The position numbers and the translations under genes were made by a program. 15,636 nt of DNA, from positions 1 to 15,636 of the forward strand of contig JAWBQR010000017.1 in the NCBI GenBank assembly GCA_038845265.1, given 5' to 3'. The notes under the pieces were generated by a model, which saw only the letters and a list, made by a program, of their open reading frames with translations, did not search any database and was not told the origin of the DNA. Within the stretch, counting starts at the first letter, position 1; each line of letters opens with the position of its first letter. The stretch is from Nitrososphaerota archaeon (GTDB lineage: Archaea; Thermoproteota; Nitrososphaeria_A; Caldarchaeales; Calditenuaceae). Of the stretch, positions 15,101 to 15,636 are shown in pieces.

Positions 15101-15636
15101 AGTAGTCCCTCGTAGCCTGGTACTGTGAAGCTGTCTATCAGTCCCTTAGCATTGGTCTTCCACTGAGCATACTTTAGCTGACCCTCTACATACGTCATCG
15201 GCGTGTCCTCGCCGACATTATTATCGATCTCGCACTCCCTGTTATCGACTATCGAGTAGATCTCCTTAGCAGTCACAACCAGTCCGTATTCTCTTAGGTA
15301 GAGCTTGGCCGGGTATGGCGGTACCTGCAAGAATAACCATTCTCCATCTATCTCTAGCCATAGTCTGTCCCACTGCTCCTCCACGAAGTGCTGTGGCGTG
15401 TCTTTGTCTGCTACTCTCTTAGTCTCCCACTCCCACGATATATCAAATGTTAACAAATCTAAGTAACATCCTTCTTCTCCATCCTCAGTGTAAGTATACC
15501 ATACAGTGATGGTGTCGTCTCCGTATGGGTCTGTTATGTCTATCTTTGATGCTTTGTCTATGTCTAGTATCCATGCTTCGATTAGTGCGCCTTCTAGTGG
15601 TGCTCCTCCCTTATCGATTGCCCGTGGCCTTATGAA
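12136..15636 (-). CDS. Large (>1166 aa) membrane-anchored S-layer-like glycoprotein with carboxypeptidase-regulatory-like repeats; 5' end outside the window
   Basis: The frame stays open from 15456 to the window end (FIRPRAIDKGGAPLEGALIEAW...GCYLDLLTF). Repeated VxDxxGxPLxGAxV...TDxxG motifs; six clustered N-x-S/T sequons (NET, NST, NVT, NTT, NHT, NET); C-terminal TM followed by SEYRWWRGRR. Very strong codon bias suggests high expression. Confidence 0.85.
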   Translation of the reverse strand, partial: FIRPRAIDKGGAPLEGALIEAWILDIDKASKIDITDPYGDDTITVWYTYTEDGEEGCYLDLLTFDISWEWETKRVADKDTPQHFVEEQWDRLWLEIDGEWLFLQVPPYPAKLYLREYGLVVTAKEIYSIVDNRECEIDNNVGEDTPMTYVEGQLKYAQWKTNAKGLIDSFTVPGYEGLLLVPTSGWLNETFSVEGATGEEDLEEEFHYLFNVVWKSAVVYSDNLVLDKKYVEFGASEVYDVTFMFTLSNSTSPADAVKNLNLWIYYPNVTTWWEDGLWYDTPYPPQDYEACDESAFECKYRVTLISSADADGLVSLSKIPGPRFMNTTWKYVFSANHTAIDWMDDLVATQFVLNNETFGDGALKTVTRSKIDVPIMLNAAHQLQFLVLGWRDEQGIPTAYPLEGFTVKYEIRNKAAGITAASGSAVSGADGLVTVASNPADPTKVLWAGMTVRYRVEPPSWLLNVNDAKWKSLLDARGVSYVEYAGYSPDQRVSVGAYFPDEVPTHYAISEIATWFDEGSYCYGLCVAYFPEEGRTRSKPYIINVDYTIVTVRALDFNGRPLRGAFVEIVERASGRTAGWSYTFGSTWTRQPIDLQQLYDYHRVKLLPARTVGGDGYTEFMPVAVGAWNYDANNDDKVDASGYRGDDPRTTYAEGTALQYIVRVYWAATDKTPDDANGDLLAIWPFIDPQKKFTTTEAGVSVVKYHVKVYDSDIDETDEAAKTLVVPIDSYTSVRKPSEWIFKYDGKHRDAITSVFDFKLLLNYEGKTLPADIKSRLDVKVYRKLGGTTELALKFVGGPAIDTVTINRLPRGVYEVEVIFKPTGAVIFKKTFDISIVNVGTVQAEAALPFTDLTFEVTDLRGRPLSVAPGDVKVDPKEFYSGDIRVAGNVVVISALLKVAPVTITVEYKSAVYGTSANAAITDSAEGLKTRLLGGRTLQLPVDDVSVTVVDAKGAPIGGAAVKLGAAPAKTTGGDGKAIFEKVPLEKDGAGITYTLSVTRDGVEVTPEADRSQTLSTARTSITVIGQLFALRVRVIGAAGQGLAGATVEIVKAPDIVVASASTDEGGFAEFDRLVLADYTVRATYKGYPDTKTATRDDLLKGKVVEIQLPPYTEIFGVPITFSTLLALIIGLILLVLVIAIIISEYRWWRGRRLGVYPPAPPKAAK
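14042..14149 (+). repeat. 15-bp direct repeat TCTGGGAAGTATGCG (14042-14056 and 14135-14149)
   Basis: Exact copies 93 bp (31 codons) apart and in frame, encoding AYFPD and AYFPE. Confidence 0.75.

Noticed and set aside
14737-15507. Diversity-generating retroelement target
   Set aside because: No reverse transcriptase or TR/VR repeat pair is in the window, and the anomaly is not adenine-specific.
1-15636. CRISPR array, tRNA/rRNA, IS element, integrase/att site
   Set aside because: No regularly spaced repeats, cloverleaf-like sequence, terminal inverted repeats or recombinase ORFs were seen. Intergenic gaps are all under about 200 bp.

Overview
Archaeal DNA (aIF2-alpha, Nop10, GGTGA-type ribosome-binding sites, TATA boxes); a TACK-type thermophile is a guess, not a determination. 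The window has two compositional blocks. (1) About 1-9350 is an AT-rich (roughly 35-40% GC by eye) carbohydrate/polyol-utilisation island of two convergent transcription units. The + strand carries an ABC ATPase with a degenerate signature, a Tat-exported substrate-binding protein and a YoaD-like D-2-hydroxyacid dehydrogenase. The - strand carries an uncharacterised phosphate-binding TIM barrel, two permeases, a 60-aa membrane protein, an atypical FGGY kinase and an EgsA/AraM-like glycerol-1-phosphate dehydrogenase. The transporter resembles the bacterial GlpSTPQUV glycerol-type system. (2) About 9359-15636 is GC-richer (roughly 50-55% by eye) host backbone, all on the - strand: a large membrane-anchored S-layer-like glycoprotein running off the window, a PPC-like surface protein, and aIF2alpha-nop10-HD hydrolase. 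Best leads: the unassigned catabolic pathway, short Cys-bearing patches of foreign codon usage inside the S-layer-like gene, and a strand-specific G->A shift in the HD gene next to the island. Family assignments are from motif recognition by eye; no searches were run.
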